Below are positions 50,101-61,196 of a DNA stretch of 64,000 nucleotides, one piece after another. The first letter of the stretch is position 1, and each line of letters starts with the position of its first letter. Under the pieces are notes generated by a model. That model saw only the letters and a program-made list of their open reading frames with translations. It was not told the origin of the DNA and made no database searches. Both the position numbers and the translations under genes were made by a program. Origin of the DNA: Mobula hypostoma (taxonomy: Eukaryota). The stretch spans positions 100,814,001-100,878,000 of the forward strand of contig NC_086107.1 in the NCBI RefSeq assembly GCF_963921235.1, given 5' to 3'.

Positions 50101-53100
50101 CAAACAACATCTGTGGAATGAGAAACAGAGTCAATGATTTGGATCAAAGGCCTCAGATTGATGGTACTACTTCTGTCCAGCTTATGTTCAGAATTCATAT
50201 TCTCAATTTTTAAATTGCTGATGACATTATTAAAATAAAACTTGAATCAAAAGAGGAGGAACAATATGTTAGTTTTCTGTATAATTAGATGATAGAAAAT
50301 CAATTAATTATGAATTCTTGCTGTAGTTCTGCATGTGGTGCTTCATTTTGTTAGTATCCCTATATTTTAGACAGCAGAAAATAAAACCCATTTAATTCCA
50401 TGCCATTCAGTCTTTTCAGTTTGCCATTAAAACCTGGGTCGGTTTTTGTTTCTGTTCATATTTTAGCATTTATCACAGACTTTCACTTTACTCTAAACTT
50501 CCCAGAAGTGATAGAGACATAAAATATGGAAATAGGCCCTTTGGTTTACCAAGTATGTGCTAACCACCCATTCATACTAATCCCACATTAATCCCTTTTT
50601 TAAATTTTCCCTACATTTTCGTCAACTCCTCTGCCCCACCCCAGATTACATCACTCATTGACTAACTAAAGGCAATTTACAATGGCCAATTACCTACTAA
50701 TCTGCAAACCTTTGGGATGTGGGATGAATCTGGAGCTCACAAAGGTGGAAATATCCACATGGCTCAGGGAGAATGTGGAAAATTAACACAGATGTCAGAA
50801 TTGAACCTGGTCTCTCTGAGTCAGCAGCTGTGTGCCTTTCTCTTCTTAGGAAGGCGTTTGATTTGTTTTTCCAGTTTAACCTTGTGCAGCATCAATTATG
50901 AATGGTCAGTGTACAGCCCCAAAGAACGATACTGAAATTCATGTTTTGCCCATTAATCCTTGCTGACGGCTACTGACCAGGAAGATTATGCCATTGTTTA
51001 TTGGCCCATTTCAATTAACTTTTAAATCCAGTGGTGGTTTAATCAGTAATATTTCATAAGTTAGTTAAATAAGTTTAAGCAAATTCAATGTGTCACAGTT
51101 GGCATCACTGTCAACTCCAGAGGGTTATATTCAAGCCCATCTCCATACACTTGACTTGGGTTATCATTTCACTACTACATTCCCATCGCTAAACTAAAAA
51201 TCTATTTGCCAATTTAAAACAGAGATAAAGATTGCACAATTTTTTTTGAAGAGCAACATTTTTCCTGTATCCACCATAACTGGAAAGTTTTAATTGGCAA
51301 TTTGTGTGATTCTGTTAATTGTACCTTGTTGAGAAGAAGCTGATTGCCAGCTTTCCTTCCAAAACAAGTCATTATACTTCAAGGGTAGTTTATTAGCTAT
51401 GAAGCGCTTTAAAATGACGTTAAATAAGCTCTCCATAGTGTATTCAAATATTTAATTTTGCAAGTATAGTGTGAATTAAAATTCCTCCAGTATTTGTACT
51501 CATGTAATCAAAAATTATACTTTATGGAAAAATCTTTAAAATAAATACAGTGGATTCCAATTAATTGGGACACATCGAGACCAATAATTTTGGCCCGAGT
51601 AGGTAGCTGTCCAATTAGCTGAAGTTTCATGGAAATAGTTAAAAAGATGAACAAATTATGTATTTAAAAGAAATGCAGAACAAATTAGAACGCGACCAAT
51701 ACTACTACATTACTATAAAACTATGTATTGTTCCTAATAGTTATCGACGGAGGAATTCAACCAGTGTATGCTGCTGTGTTCTTTTGATTGACTGTAAATG
51801 AACAAAATCAGCGCAGACATCCAGTGGAGATAATGGATTGCCTTCCTGCATGGAGTAGTTTTGTAATCCAACAATAAATTTCCTGGCACAAAATGTTCAA
51901 AAAGCATTGCTTTTGGAATCAGCATTTTTCAGCCTAAGTGGATAACATAAGCACACACAACTGAGGCTTCTTAAAAGCTGTTTCCTCTAAGCATGGTGCA
52001 GTTTCTAATGGCCACACAAAAGCGTACAACTGATGCTCGTTAGAAACTGTTTGGCAACTATTAGTCTCCTGTTCCATTAAGTGACATAGAGTCCCAAATA
52101 AACAAAGGGAAGTTTGACTAGTTTCTCAATTAGTTTTTGTTCTTTAAGAATTGTCTCAGATAAGCAGCTGTCCCAATTAACTGACAGCCCAATTAACCAG
52201 ATTATTACATTATTCCACTGTACTAGGAATAGGCACAAATTACCTCATTTGAACATAAAGTTAATATTTAATTGATAATACCTTCAACATGACAATCTGA
52301 GGCACCAATAATCCAGCCCTCGATTATTCAGAAATGCTGACCATTCAGCATCTGGCTCACGCATTAGTCTGAAACGTGAATCGACAGTGGAGTGTGCAAT
52401 TAGGTTGTGTAATCGGACTGTAGCTAGGGCTTCGCTCTGGACTGCAGACCATGCATGCATCTGGAGGTTGGGTAACCAGAGCCGCAGTTCAAAGTGAACA
52501 TGGAACTTTACAGCTCAGTATAGGCCCTTTGGCCCGCGATGCTGTGCTGACATTTTAACCTGCTCTAACTCTTCCCTCCTATATTGCCCTCCATCTTTCT
52601 ATCATCCATGCACGTATCTAAGAGTCTCTCAAATGCCCCTAATGTATCTGCCTCTACCACCACCCCTGGCAGCATGTTCCATGTACTCACCACTCCGTGT
52701 TTACAAAAAATTTAAGCGGAAGATACATTCCTCCGACACTGGAGGAAAGTGTATTTAAGTGTTGACTTCCCTCCCCCTATACTTTCCTCCAATCACCTTA
52801 AAATTATGCCCCCTCATGTTAGCCATTTGAGTCTCAGGAAAACAGTCTCTGGCTATCCACTCGATCTGAACATCTTGTACACCTCATCCTCCTTCACTCT
52901 AGAGAGAAAAGCCTTAGCTCACTCAGCCTATCTTCATAAAGCTTGCTCTCTAATCCAGGCTGCATTCTGGTAAATCTCTTATATATTTTGTGTATTTCAC
53001 ACTCCCTTTAACCTCATCAGTTTAACTGGATCATTCATTATACTATTGTGAAACATGTTAAAAAAACGTGAAATAAAGGCATTTTTGTGTTTTAGTGGAA

Positions 53101-56100
53101 TTCTAGTAACTGCTACTTCAATACTACGAAAGTGCCAAGGGTACTGGATTTTCAGAGTGTTACTGGTATCAAATAATGTTGATTTAATAATTTGCTGTAA
53201 TTGTTTTTAAATGTCCTTTGCCTAATTTTTATTTTAAATTGGGTTATTATTGCAAAATTGGGGGAAAAAGGTAATGGTGTGAAATAAATTATTTAATAAA
53301 ACAGAGAAAAGGTCATCATTGCTGAACTGTCTGGAGATGACATTTTTGTTTTCGTTCTGTACTTGCAGGCAATGCAGTTGTTGATCTGCGACATTATGCT
53401 CTCAATTCGTACCACCTTGTGGCAGAAACAGACGAATTCCGGCCAAGCTGTGGGCGAGACCTACCAAGCCTCAAGTCTAGAACTGAAAGGATTCCAACAG
53501 GACTTGAGCAGTCTCAGGAAGCTCGGCCAGACATTTAAACCAGCACATCGTAAGGTAAGCAAACACAGCATGTGAAAGATCTTGCCAGTTATTACATGTT
53601 GGGGCAGAAGATCATAAGCACATTGCCCAGAAATTTTTCATTACTCATACTGCACCCCTATTAAGTTGGAACTGAATTGGTCTGATTCATTGAGACAGTT
53701 GATTCCAATATCAATATTTTGTTAAGAAAACAGAGCCAGTCATAGACTTCACTGGTCTGGAGGGGCTCACTATCCACAGTTCCTGCATTCTTGCACTTGC
53801 CTATTACCCCTCCACCACCCTGAGTTGAGCAGCTTGATGCAAGTGTCAGCTCAGCCATAGGGGACACGGTGTGGTGTGAAAGGCTCAGAACTGATTCAGT
53901 AAATGAAAAAGTTGCAGATGGAGCTTTGACTCTTAACAAAACTCCTAAAATTATATATAGCTTTCAGTTGTCACTGAAACATTTTAATAAATTATTAAAA
54001 CTGCACAAAATTTAAGAGTTGACAATGAAGTTAATTAAAAATAGGTGATTAAACATATTAAACTAAAGCAATTAATATTTAATAAAAATTTTGCCCTCAC
54101 CTCCTACTTCAGAGGCTTAGAAATCACTGGGTCTGATCTGATGGAGTATTTTAGAGGTGTTTTTTATTGACTAATGCTGGAGAGTACCAGCAGAAAGCAT
54201 ATCGCTGTTGTGGAGTCATTGCTGGGCTGAGTAAGTCTAGTGACAGTTGTGGCACCATCCCTTTGGTATGTCCCAGAAAACACACGTCCAAGGCTTGCAG
54301 ACAGTAGTTTGAACAGCTGAGTGCTGGTGATTGTCAGGTCAAGCCTATTTGTACCTCGGGGAACTTCACACAAAATGTAAATGCAAAGTTTGTTATTTAG
54401 GTGGTGGACAGATGTTAGTGCTGCTGCCTTGCATCTCCAGCAACCTGACCTTGAAATCTTCTCTGTATGAAGTTTACACATTCTCCCTGTGACCCCATGG
54501 GTTTCTTCTGGGTGGCGTGACTTGCTCCAGTCACCCAAAAATGTCCTATTTGATGGGATAATTGTAAAGTGATGGTAGTGTAGAAAGCTAGATGCTGGGA
54601 AAATATTCAGAGGAATGAGACTGATGGGATTCTTTGGAGAGAGGGGAGACTTGATGGGCTAACTGACCATGTGGTGTGGAAGTAGGTATAGACCACACAA
54701 AAGCCCATGCAATTCAGATAGTAACACAGTCTTTTTCATTTAACACCAGAACAGACAGACCTCAGTGTGTGTATCCTCATTTCTCTGTGTACCTGTTGTA
54801 AAGTAAAATGCCAATAAATTTGTAATGTGTGAATTGGTTTAATGATGGCATTACTGAAACACTAATCTTAAACTAACGGAGTCATAGTTTACTTTCGTAA
54901 TCTGTTTGCGTCAGAATTTCATCTATATATCCCATTTCATTAAAAGTGGTAAATCAATAGAAATAGGTCTTTTTTTAAAAAGAAGATATTAGAATGTTAT
55001 AAATAGGGTTCATTTCTAGAAATATTAAACAAGGTCCACTGTCCAAGTGTGCACTCCAGGACAGGCCTTGCCAGCCACATATGGACTTACCAGCAATGAC
55101 TGCACAATTCTTCAACCAGTGACTTCTAGAACATAGTTCTTGATGAATTCAGGCTAATCAACTATAATACTGAAACGCTGGGTGTGGGCTAATCAGGACC
55201 TAGCATGAATCCACTTCATGGAAATTCAACCCTAGCGACATGGAAAAGTTGATGATTGAAATCCACATAATAAAAATGTCCCACAGCAGAATGATAAATA
55301 CTAAACACAAGAGACTCTGCAGATGCTGGAAATCCAGAGCAACACACACAAAATGCTGGGGGAACTTAGCAGGGCAGGAAGCATCGATGGGCCAAAACCT
55401 TCCATCAAAACTGGAAAGGAAAGGGAAGAAGCCAGAGTAACAAGGTGGGAGGAGGGGAACGAGTACAAGCTAGAAGGTGATTGGTGAAGCCAGGTATGTG
55501 GGGGCGTGGAGATGAAGTGAAAGCTGGGAGGTGATGGGTGGAAAAGTAAAGGGCTGAAGAAAGGATCTGATGGGAGAGAGGAAAAGCGGTGAGGCATCAG
55601 AGGGGGACAAAAGAGAGGTGAGCAGAAGAGAAATGGTAAGAGGGGAGCCAGAGTGGGGAATGAAAGATGAGAGAAGGGGAAGAGATAATAAAATTACGTG
55701 AAGTGAGAGAGATTGATGTTCATGCCATCATATTGGAGGCTACCCAAATGGAATATGAGGTGTTGCTCCTCCAACCTGAGACTGGCCTTATCGTGCAGTA
55801 GAGGAGGGAATGGACCAGAATGGCAATGCAGATTGGAGTTTAAATGGTTGGCCACCGGGAAATCATGCTTGTTGTGGACGGAGCGAAGGCGCATGAAAAA
55901 GCAGTCCCCCAATCTACATCAGGTCTTAACAATGTAGACAAGGCGATATCAGGAACATCAGATGCAGTAGACCGCCTCGACAGATTTGCAGGTGAAGTAT
56001 TGCCTCACCTAGAAGGAATATTTGGAACCCTGAATGGAGGTGAGGGAGGAGGTGAAATGGTGGGTGTAGCACTTCTTCCACTTAATAAGTGTCAGGTAGA

Positions 56101-59100
56101 TTAGTGGGGAGTGACAAATGGATAAGAGAATCTGAAACACCTTTCCTCTAATCCTACAAACTATTGAAAAGCACCAATTGACATCTAATTTATGGTGATA
56201 TTAAGTATTCGTTTACGGAGAAGACTCTGAAACACTTGTATGGCAACATCAAAAATCACAAAAGTAGCCAAAACTCAATGCTTGGGTGGATATAGTAAAG
56301 TGTAAAATGAGAGCATATTTTTCCTTCCCGCAATCTACAACTGCTCTGCTGTTTCCTCCTCACTGGAATGTGTTTACTTGGACAGTTATTGCGATGAGAA
56401 GCTGCAGGAGAAAGTGGAGGGATAGAGTTGTGGAGAAATTTATACAGGAGTATGATCATTTTAAAATCAATGTTCTCTTTACTGTTGTCACTGTAGATGA
56501 GTGAATTCAGGGGGTTGGATGAACAGAACATATTGTGTAATATTATTTTTAAATAGTTTTGCTTTGCTGGCATTGTTTTCAGATGTTTTTGCATGAAACA
56601 ACGGTGAGGTTGATGGCAGGTGCAAGTCCAACAAGAACACACCAGCTTCTGGAGCATAGTCTGAGGAGACGTACTCCACACCCTGTTCAACAAGGTGAAG
56701 TATTGCCCCAGCCTTCCAGCTTCAACCGCTGGAGGTTTTTCTGTGAAATCCACTCTCAGTTTGACAAAGTAGACTGTTATAAGTTTAAAACTGTTTTAAA
56801 TGCTATTTTTGCACCATTTTATATTCCTGGCTTATTGCGCTTGTGTCACTCCTAGAGAGTTATCCTGATCATCCCACTCCCTGCTCTTGCCCTGTAGTTC
56901 TGAAAATTTTTTCCATGTTCTACATCACTGTTTAATCTGCGTCCACTGTCCTCCCAGGCGGTGTATTCTAAGTCATAACAACTCATTGCATTTATTTTTC
57001 TCATCATGCTTTAGGTTTGTTGAAAAGTCACCTTAAACTTGTTATCTGTTTAGAACATAGAACAGTCCAGCTTGGTACAGGCCGTATGGCCCACAATGTT
57101 GTGTTGACCAGTTCGCTGACCTTTCTCCCGCTGAAAACAGATTTGATGCCTTTATTAAAAACCTTGCAAATGCCATTTGCCTTGTCTCCTTGATGTTCTC
57201 AATTCTAAAGAAAGATCCCACCTCCTTACTCCCATTACAGCAAATCTGTACTGCATCCTCTCCTCAGCTTTGATACTCCTCCATACAGTAATAATACAGG
57301 AGGCCATTTGTTTTGTTATTATGAACATAATGGAGTTTTTAATTTACTTGACCGTTATTTAGAAATGAAATAAACATGCACACATAAAAAAGACCCAAAT
57401 CAGTGTGAGAGATTGCATTTAGTAGAGTTTTTAGTTTAAAGATGAATCGTTGATTTGCACCATAATTCTCTTAAAGTCTAATTTGTAGTTTACTATTATG
57501 GTTTGCCACCTTCTATCCTAACTCTACATTCTCCACTCTTTTATCAGGTAAAGATTTCTATCCCCTTGTCTCCACCACTGCAATAATTCTGTCTTGTGCT
57601 CTTTCTTCCTTCCCAATAACCTCCTGAGGACTTATCACTTTTTAAAGTTTGCTATTCACTTCTTGTAAAATGGTGTTGCATATTGTATTAGATAGGTTGT
57701 ACTGCAAATCACTAAACTATCCTATATGTAGTACTGAACAATTGAATTGAAACCTACCTAAATAGGTTAGCGTCTGGACAGCCTGCTCCAGCACTTGAAA
57801 ACCCTAGCAGTTCCTGATAATGTGTCCTGTTCACAAAAGGCAGCTCAAATCCAATTTAGTTAATTAGTACCCATCGGTATATTTTCAGTTGTCACCAGAA
57901 TAATGGAAGGCGTAATTGATGGTTAGACTTGTTCTAAAATGCAATTGCACTCTGCTATAGTCATTCACACTTCCATTGATCATTACTAATCACTTTATGA
58001 CACTGAGCCCATCTTTATTCCGAATTGCCACCTTCCTGTGGATCTCCTGGGCTTTTCCTTTTCTGATCAACTCTACATGTTAAACACTATGTAGAGTAAA
58101 ACTCCACCAATCTGCTTTCCATTGTTTGGAAACTTCAATGGTTTGGCATCAAATCACTGGATACTGTTTCTCACACACTCCCATTTCCTGTGCTCCCTTT
58201 TAAATCCATCTTCTTTTGCTTCCCATCTTTTTAAAATCAGTGGGTTTGCTGAAAAACTTATAGTACTAGGCAACATTTGGAGTTAAAAGTGTGTTGCATT
58301 AATAGAATAAAGTCTGATAATCCACCAGTCTGGCATCACTAAAGTCCCAGAATTCAGGACTATTGGATTTCCATTGTCGTCGTCACTGTCACAAAAGATT
58401 CAATTTAGTTACTCTCAAGACTCCCCAAACAAGTCAATACTGATTGCCTTTCTTTAGCCACTGATGCTCTAAATGCTGGTTTACACCATTCCTCAGAATT
58501 GTTTCCAACAATCTGCGCACAACTGATGTTGGCCTCACCTGTGCTACATGGCCTATTGTACCTTGAAGAAACCAAACACAGGTTGGGTGATCACTTTGCA
58601 CCCGGCCTGCAGGAGTGAGCCTGAGCTGGTGATTGCCTACTACTTTAACTCACCATCTAAATGCCACATTGTTAGTTGCCTCCTGCACAGTTCTAGCAAG
58701 GCCCAACAGAAGCTTCAGCAAGCAGTCTGGGCACATTTTTCCTGCCTGAAGAACTCAATATTGAATTCTTCAACTTGAAACTCTTTTGTGAAAACGGACT
58801 ATTTTTGCCTACTCTTTTCTATTTTTTCCATTCTGTTTTTTTATATACAGGTAGTCTCTACAACATTTCCCACAGACGAAGAAGCTTAACTGCTCTATTA
58901 TTTCATCCTATCAGAGAAATTACTTCTGTTTCACCTATCACCTTCCTCCATCTTCTCTGTTATATAGATTAGTTTCTTTCTTTTTCTCCCATTTCTGTTG
59001 AAGGGTCCAGGCTTGAAATGTTAACCAACTCTCTTTTCACAGATGCTGTCTGATCTGCTCAGATTTTCTGGCATTTTCAGGCCATCCTCAGTCAACCCAT

Positions 59101-59723
59101 TTCAATCTTCCACTTCAAACACCGGTTTCACCTCAGTAGACTTCCAGTTCTCTGTAGCCAAAGAATATTTGAAAGTTCTTTCTTCTTTTAAGAGCCTGGG
59201 TTACATTTGATCTAAGTTTATTTTATCCACTCTTAAAAATGTTAATCTCCTTAACATGTCTGTGCACTTTGTTTATCATTTTCCAAATGTCACACTCATT
59301 CTCCTCAATGTGCTAATTTTGTTATCTGAGGCAGCTCAGTTTCAAGGAAATAATAGTGGCGGATGGTTCACCTTGCTGAGATTCACATTTTTTTTAAAGT
59401 TATCTCTTGTATGTAGAATAGGAAGTAAGTGCATTCCAATATTTGATCATTTCTCACGCGAATGGAAGCTGTAAAAATACTTTGTACTTTTTTAAAAATC
59501 AGGTGACCTGGATGCTCTTCCTGGCCAGAGAGAGAAGGCAACAGCAATACTGCTGGCATGTCGCCACCTTCCCCTCTCATTTCTCTCCTCTCCGGGTCAG
59601 AGAGCCATCATGCTAGCCGAGGCTGCGCGCACGCTGGAGAAACTCGGAGACAAGCGGTCAGTCAACGACTGCCAGCAGATCATCATGAAACTGGGCAGTG
59701 GCACTACAATTGCGGCAAGCTGA
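2029..59723 (+). CDS. SREBF2: Sterol regulatory element-binding protein 2, complete spliced CDS: join(2029..2113,10672..11064,13698..13885,14494..14640,17126..17350,22447..22561,22813..22994,23395..23581,26089..26273,31571..31832,33607..33773,35859..36027,37843..37936,42840..42949,43653..43785,47209..47377,53369..53554,56583..56694,59503..59723)
   Basis: 19 exons with GT-AG junctions and matching phases sum to 3330 nt (1109 aa plus stop). The protein has the acidic N-terminus (GDID|EMLQFVS), a bHLH-Zip with the SREBP Tyr ([16 protein letters not shown]), TM1 with NP, an RxxL S1P site, TM2 and a C-terminus ending [11 protein letters not shown]. miR-33a-type 5p arm in intron 16 supports SREBF2 over SREBF1. 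Confidence 0.97.
4490..4800 (+). mobile_element. tRNA-derived SINE; same family on the minus strand at about 27047-27350, related copy at about 6090-6304 (-)
   Basis: A box TGGCTAAGTGG, B box GTTCGAGCC, and a body shared with the other copies. Confidence 0.8.
6715..7185. mobile_element. Second Penelope-like family, inverted pair (minus arm about 6740-6860, plus arm about 7029-7150)
   Basis: Arms are diverged reverse complements (gagagaaacaccagca...tgcaagc); hammerhead-like motif at 7069-7112. Confidence 0.65.
7480..8350 (-). mobile_element. CR1-like LINE 3' fragment; similar pieces at about 5560-5830 (+), 8945-9350 (+), 34540-35580 (-), 39550-40080 (-), 52495-52975 (-)
   Basis: Peptide [18 protein letters not shown]...FKAEVDRFL is the CR1 ORF2 C-terminal signature. 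Confidence 0.8.
10672..11064 (+). CDS. SREBF2: SREBF2 exon 2 ([17 protein letters not shown]...Q/P-rich...YQNQGGFS)
   Basis: acceptor ttcatag|AA; donor TCAG|GTATG; 393 nt, phase 1-1. Confidence 0.95.
13698..13885 (+). CDS. SREBF2: SREBF2 exon 3 ([18 protein letters not shown]...VQQVP)
   Basis: tctacag|TT ... CCT|GTAAG; 188 nt. Confidence 0.95.
14494..14640 (+). CDS. SREBF2: SREBF2 exon 4 ([16 protein letters not shown]...ALQVP)
   Basis: tttccag|GTA ... CCA|GTATG; 147 nt. Confidence 0.95.
17126..17350 (+). CDS. SREBF2: SREBF2 exon 5, basic region and helix 1 of the bHLH
   Basis: ccccag|ACA ... AAG|GTCAG; encodes [30 protein letters not shown]. Confidence 0.97.
17384..18281 (-). mobile_element. 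Solo LTR, Gypsy-like, 898 bp
   Basis: TGTTACG...CGTCACA termini with a perfect 4-bp TSD ATAC (17380-17383 and 18282-18285). Orientation is tentative, from a minus-strand GATAAAAAG TATA-like motif near 18045. Confidence 0.8.
19973..21233 (-). mobile_element. Penelope-like element, 5'-truncated (end of RT, GIY-YIG endonuclease, pLTR); left half of an inverted pair
   Basis: ORF 20368..20694: [30 protein letters not shown] (GIY-YIG). Confidence 0.9.
21234..22259 (+). mobile_element. Penelope-like element, 5'-truncated (GIY-YIG endonuclease, pLTR); right half of the inverted pair
   Basis: ORF 21502..21828: [30 protein letters not shown]; upstream Cys motif [10 protein letters not shown]. Confidence 0.9.
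22447..22561 (+). CDS. SREBF2: SREBF2 exon 6, helix 2 and leucine zipper ([38 protein letters not shown])
   Basis: ttacag|ATG ... AACA|GTAAG; 115 nt; not in the ORF track. Confidence 0.97.
22813..22994 (+). CDS. SREBF2: SREBF2 exon 7, includes the phosphodegron-like [10 protein letters not shown]
   Basis: ttacag|AG ... ATG|GTAAC; 182 nt. Confidence 0.95.
23395..23581 (+). CDS. SREBF2: SREBF2 exon 8: VKEE, DSSR, TM1 (..LSFNP..), luminal loop with S1P site RSML
   Basis: ctacag|GTA ... GCTG|GTAAG; 187 nt. Confidence 0.96.
26089..26273 (+). CDS. SREBF2: SREBF2 exon 9, TM2 ([16 protein letters not shown]...[14 protein letters not shown])
   Basis: ttttag|AA ... AGA|GTAAG; 185 nt. Confidence 0.96.
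28118..28197. mobile_element. 80-bp hAT (Charlie-type) MITE nested in an old Penelope fragment (about 27760-28500, minus)
   Basis: Imperfect TIRs CAGGAGTTCCCAAC / GTTTAGAACCCGTG; perfect 8-bp TSD TCCTAGAG. Confidence 0.8.
28892..30499 (-). mobile_element. Full-length Tc1 transposon, 1608 bp, TIRs about 210 bp, TA TSD
   Basis: TA|CAAACCCCATTTCCAGAAAAG ... CTTTTCTGGAATTGGGATTTG|TA; long TIRs with inner and outer repeats of AAG(T/C)TGGGA. Confidence 0.95.
29116..30138 (-). pseudogene. Tc1 DD34E transposase, 340 codons, broken by two in-frame TGA stops
   Basis: ORFs 29743..30150 and 29116..29691 share a frame; motifs WSDE, QQDNA and SPDLSPIE with 34 residues between D and E; stops at 29743-29745 and 29728-29730. 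Confidence 0.92.
31571..31832 (+). CDS. SREBF2: SREBF2 exon 10 ([14 protein letters not shown]...[10 protein letters not shown])
   Basis: ttacag|GGT ... ACAG|GTATT; 262 nt. Confidence 0.96.
32661..32800. repeat. 70-bp tandem duplication inside a Rex1-like fragment
   Basis: tg(a/g)ctgaggggtaa(t/c)aactgttcctgaacc...ttctccctga occurs twice with period 70. Confidence 0.9.
33607..33773 (+). CDS. SREBF2: SREBF2 exon 11 ([23 protein letters not shown]...FSFLL)
   Basis: atgtag|AT ... CTG|GTAAG; 167 nt. Confidence 0.95.
34005..34535. mobile_element. Non-autonomous Tc1 derivative; other copies at about 10040-10351 and 45137-46945 (the last split by a Penelope)
   Basis: TIR CACTCAGTGGCCACTTTATTAGG; the interior retains a Tc1 transposase N-terminus ([29 protein letters not shown] 46648..46902). 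Confidence 0.8.
35859..36027 (+). CDS. SREBF2: SREBF2 exon 12 (RYFLRQARR...[11 protein letters not shown]...PRNP)
   Basis: ttcatag|CGC ... CCAG|GTAGG; 169 nt; not in the ORF track. Confidence 0.95.
36173..36955. mobile_element. Tigger/pogo-like non-autonomous DNA transposon; second copy in opposite orientation at 51548-52220
   Basis: TIR CAGTGGATTCC(A)NTTAATTGGG with TA flanks; shared interior CTCCGTCGATAACTATTAGGAAC. Confidence 0.7.
37843..37936 (+). CDS. SREBF2: SREBF2 exon 13 ([30 protein letters not shown])
   Basis: cttgcag|TT ... GG|GTATG; 94 nt. Confidence 0.93.
38260..38842 (-). mobile_element. Rex1/Babar LINE 3' fragment; related pieces at about 11410-11930, 32350-32870, 40178-40690, 62340-62770, 62960-63330 (-) and 43030-43350 (+)
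   Basis: Peptide [29 protein letters not shown]...[11 protein letters not shown] is the Rex1 C-terminal signature; [10 protein letters not shown]...KCFERLV near 63300. Confidence 0.8.
42840..42949 (+). CDS. SREBF2: SREBF2 exon 14 ([17 protein letters not shown]...RNTA)
   Basis: ttacag|A ... GCAG|GTGAG; 110 nt. Confidence 0.93.
43653..43785 (+). CDS. SREBF2: SREBF2 exon 15 ([10 protein letters not shown]...WLQGDD...VERIPKSL)
   Basis: tgccag|GT ... GA|GTATG; 133 nt. Confidence 0.95.
44090..44522 (+). mobile_element. RTE-related short non-autonomous retroelement; RTE-like remnants also at about 6490-6710 and 13170-13545
   Basis: 5'-UTR-like GGGCTAACAACTCTG...TACGGAAAC fused to an RTE-like 3' end; family call is from recollection of motifs only. 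Confidence 0.5.
45373..46641 (-). mobile_element. Penelope-like element inserted in a Tc1 derivative; further copies at about 55300-56133 (-), 31275-31440 (-), 58520-59080 (+)
   Basis: Homologous to the intron-5 copies ([14 protein letters not shown]...MRQHFTC); flanked by ctctc(ct)attaacaa on both sides. Confidence 0.85.
47209..47377 (+). CDS. SREBF2: SREBF2 exon 16 (SPLPKAIL...[13 protein letters not shown]...KLHK)
   Basis: atgtag|A ... AAG|GTACA; 169 nt. Confidence 0.95.
47544..47619 (+). ncRNA. MIR33: pre-miR-33 hairpin in SREBF2 intron 16; 5p GTGCATTGTAGTTGCATTGCA at 47553-47573, 3p about 47592-47613
   Basis: 5p arm identical to vertebrate miR-33a-5p; complementary 3p arm CAATGTGTCTGCAGTGCA; basal stem cctctg/cagagg; conserved host intron. 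Confidence 0.97.
47745..48420 (+). mobile_element. CR1-like LINE 3' fragment about 130 nt downstream of miR-33
   Basis: [10 protein letters not shown]...[10 protein letters not shown]...KLEKVQKRF...LSYRERL is a CR1 ORF2 signature. Confidence 0.85.
48655..48940 (+). mobile_element. V-SINE (HE1-like); other copies at about 9760-9965, 11280-11410, 41480-41640, 54400-54560 (+) and 18700-18990, 44600-44750, 50560-50830 (-)
   Basis: tRNA-like head plus V-domain core GCGTGGGTTTCCTCCGGGTGCTCTGGTTTCCTCCCACAGTCCAAAGA and an (AAAT)n tail. Confidence 0.8.
53369..53554 (+). CDS. SREBF2: SREBF2 exon 17 ([21 protein letters not shown]...[12 protein letters not shown]...AHRK)
   Basis: ttgcag|GCA ... AAG|GTAAG; 186 nt. 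Confidence 0.96.
56583..56694 (+). CDS. SREBF2: SREBF2 exon 18 ([30 protein letters not shown])
   Basis: tttcag|ATG ... CAAG|GTGAA; 112 nt. Confidence 0.96.
59503..59723 (+). CDS. SREBF2: SREBF2 exon 19, coding part ([33 protein letters not shown]...[11 protein letters not shown])
   Basis: aatcag|GT; stop TGA at 59721-59723 followed directly by a second TGA. Confidence 0.96.
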
Positions 59724-61190
59724 TGACGGCAGTCTCTGGCAGATCTCCTGACTAAATTCTATCCTATTCACCAAGTGAAGGCCTCAGTAGGGGTTGGTGA
59801 CCCGAAAGGAACAACTTGGCATATTCTTTTAAGGGTTTTATCAATCTTATCTAAAACTAAGATTGGAATGGAATGTAAAGTTGGATATTAACTGAAGAGG
59901 GCCATTAGCTTGTGCTTGCCTTATTGCTCTCACTACCAATCCCTGGACGCTTTAGTTCTTGATCAGAGTGCTGCACAATCCACAAGGTTCCACTCAATAA
60001 TTTCTTAAATTGTTTCATCCTCATGATCTTGGATGTTTTTGAACTATAGGAATGTAAGTTATCGTGTATGCATTTATAAGAGTTTTTTTTTGTTTAAGAT
60101 TTCACATGTGAAAGTACTTTGTTTGAATATACAGTCAATAAAGCCACAATAGCTAGTCAAGCCCTTCTCTTTTATAGATCACCTCCATCTAATTGTTTTC
60201 TCACCACATAATCCTGATTTGTATCAGATTGATCTCTTAAATCCATGTATTCTCTTGACTGCGATAGGCTTTCCATGCAATTTATTTCACAACTCTCATG
60301 CACATTGTGTGAAAAAATTGTAAGGTATTTAAGGCTGATTTGTTAAATGAAAGTTTGTTTTTTACGCTTCAGGTCTCTGTGATCAGTGTTGTTATGGGCT
60401 GATCAATTCACATGTTGAGCAAGGTGTTTGGGGCTGTCTCAAAGCTTTACCATAACAAATTCCACTGGACTAGCTTGTCTCACTCGAGTTCTATTTCCGA
60501 GTCACCGTTCATGTAGAACAATTCTGGTCCCAACTTAAAGGTTACTCCCAATAAGCTTTAAGTGTTAAAGACATTTGTTTACTGCAGTTGTAGTATTGAT
60601 TGAATCTCAGAAATTGTTCTTTAACACTGTCATCAAACAAGTGCTCAAAGCTAGTAACTTGATTACATATCAACTCACTAATAGTTAAACATAATTTGAA
60701 TAGTGCTTGACTCACTGCTGATTTTTAATGATGTAAATCGCAGAACTGAATGGTTTTAAATCTTTGAGATCGATGTTTCTTTTTTTTAAAAAAAGGTTTG
60801 AGCTAAAACAAAATGATGCCATAAAAATGTATGGTTGGTGTCGTGGAGTTAACAATTGTAAAATTGTTAATTTTTGGATCTAGCAACATAAAGATTAATT
60901 ATGAATATTTGTTATAATTTATGAAAGTGTAAAGCGAGGCTGTTGTAGCTATTGTTTTTTATTGTTACACAGGGCATGACTGAATTTCCTCTTTTCAAAG
61001 AACTATTCATTAGCTGTGTATAGCTTCATCAAATCTTGGCTGCATCTGTAAATACTTAAGTGCAAGTTTCTTGTCATCTGTTTTCTTGGGTACAGTATGT
61101 AATGATGTTTTTGTTGTGCTATTTGGTGTTTTATTTAATTGATAAATATCGTGAAGCTGTAAGAAGATCTTAAGACATTGTATGCAAAAG

Positions 61191-61196
61191 AATAAA
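61191..61196 (+). terminator. Probable SREBF2 polyadenylation signal AATAAA (3' UTR about 59724-61220)
   Basis: AATAAA ending an AT-rich stretch with no recognisable repeats, followed by G/T-rich sequence (tggtttattttgtg). Confidence 0.6.
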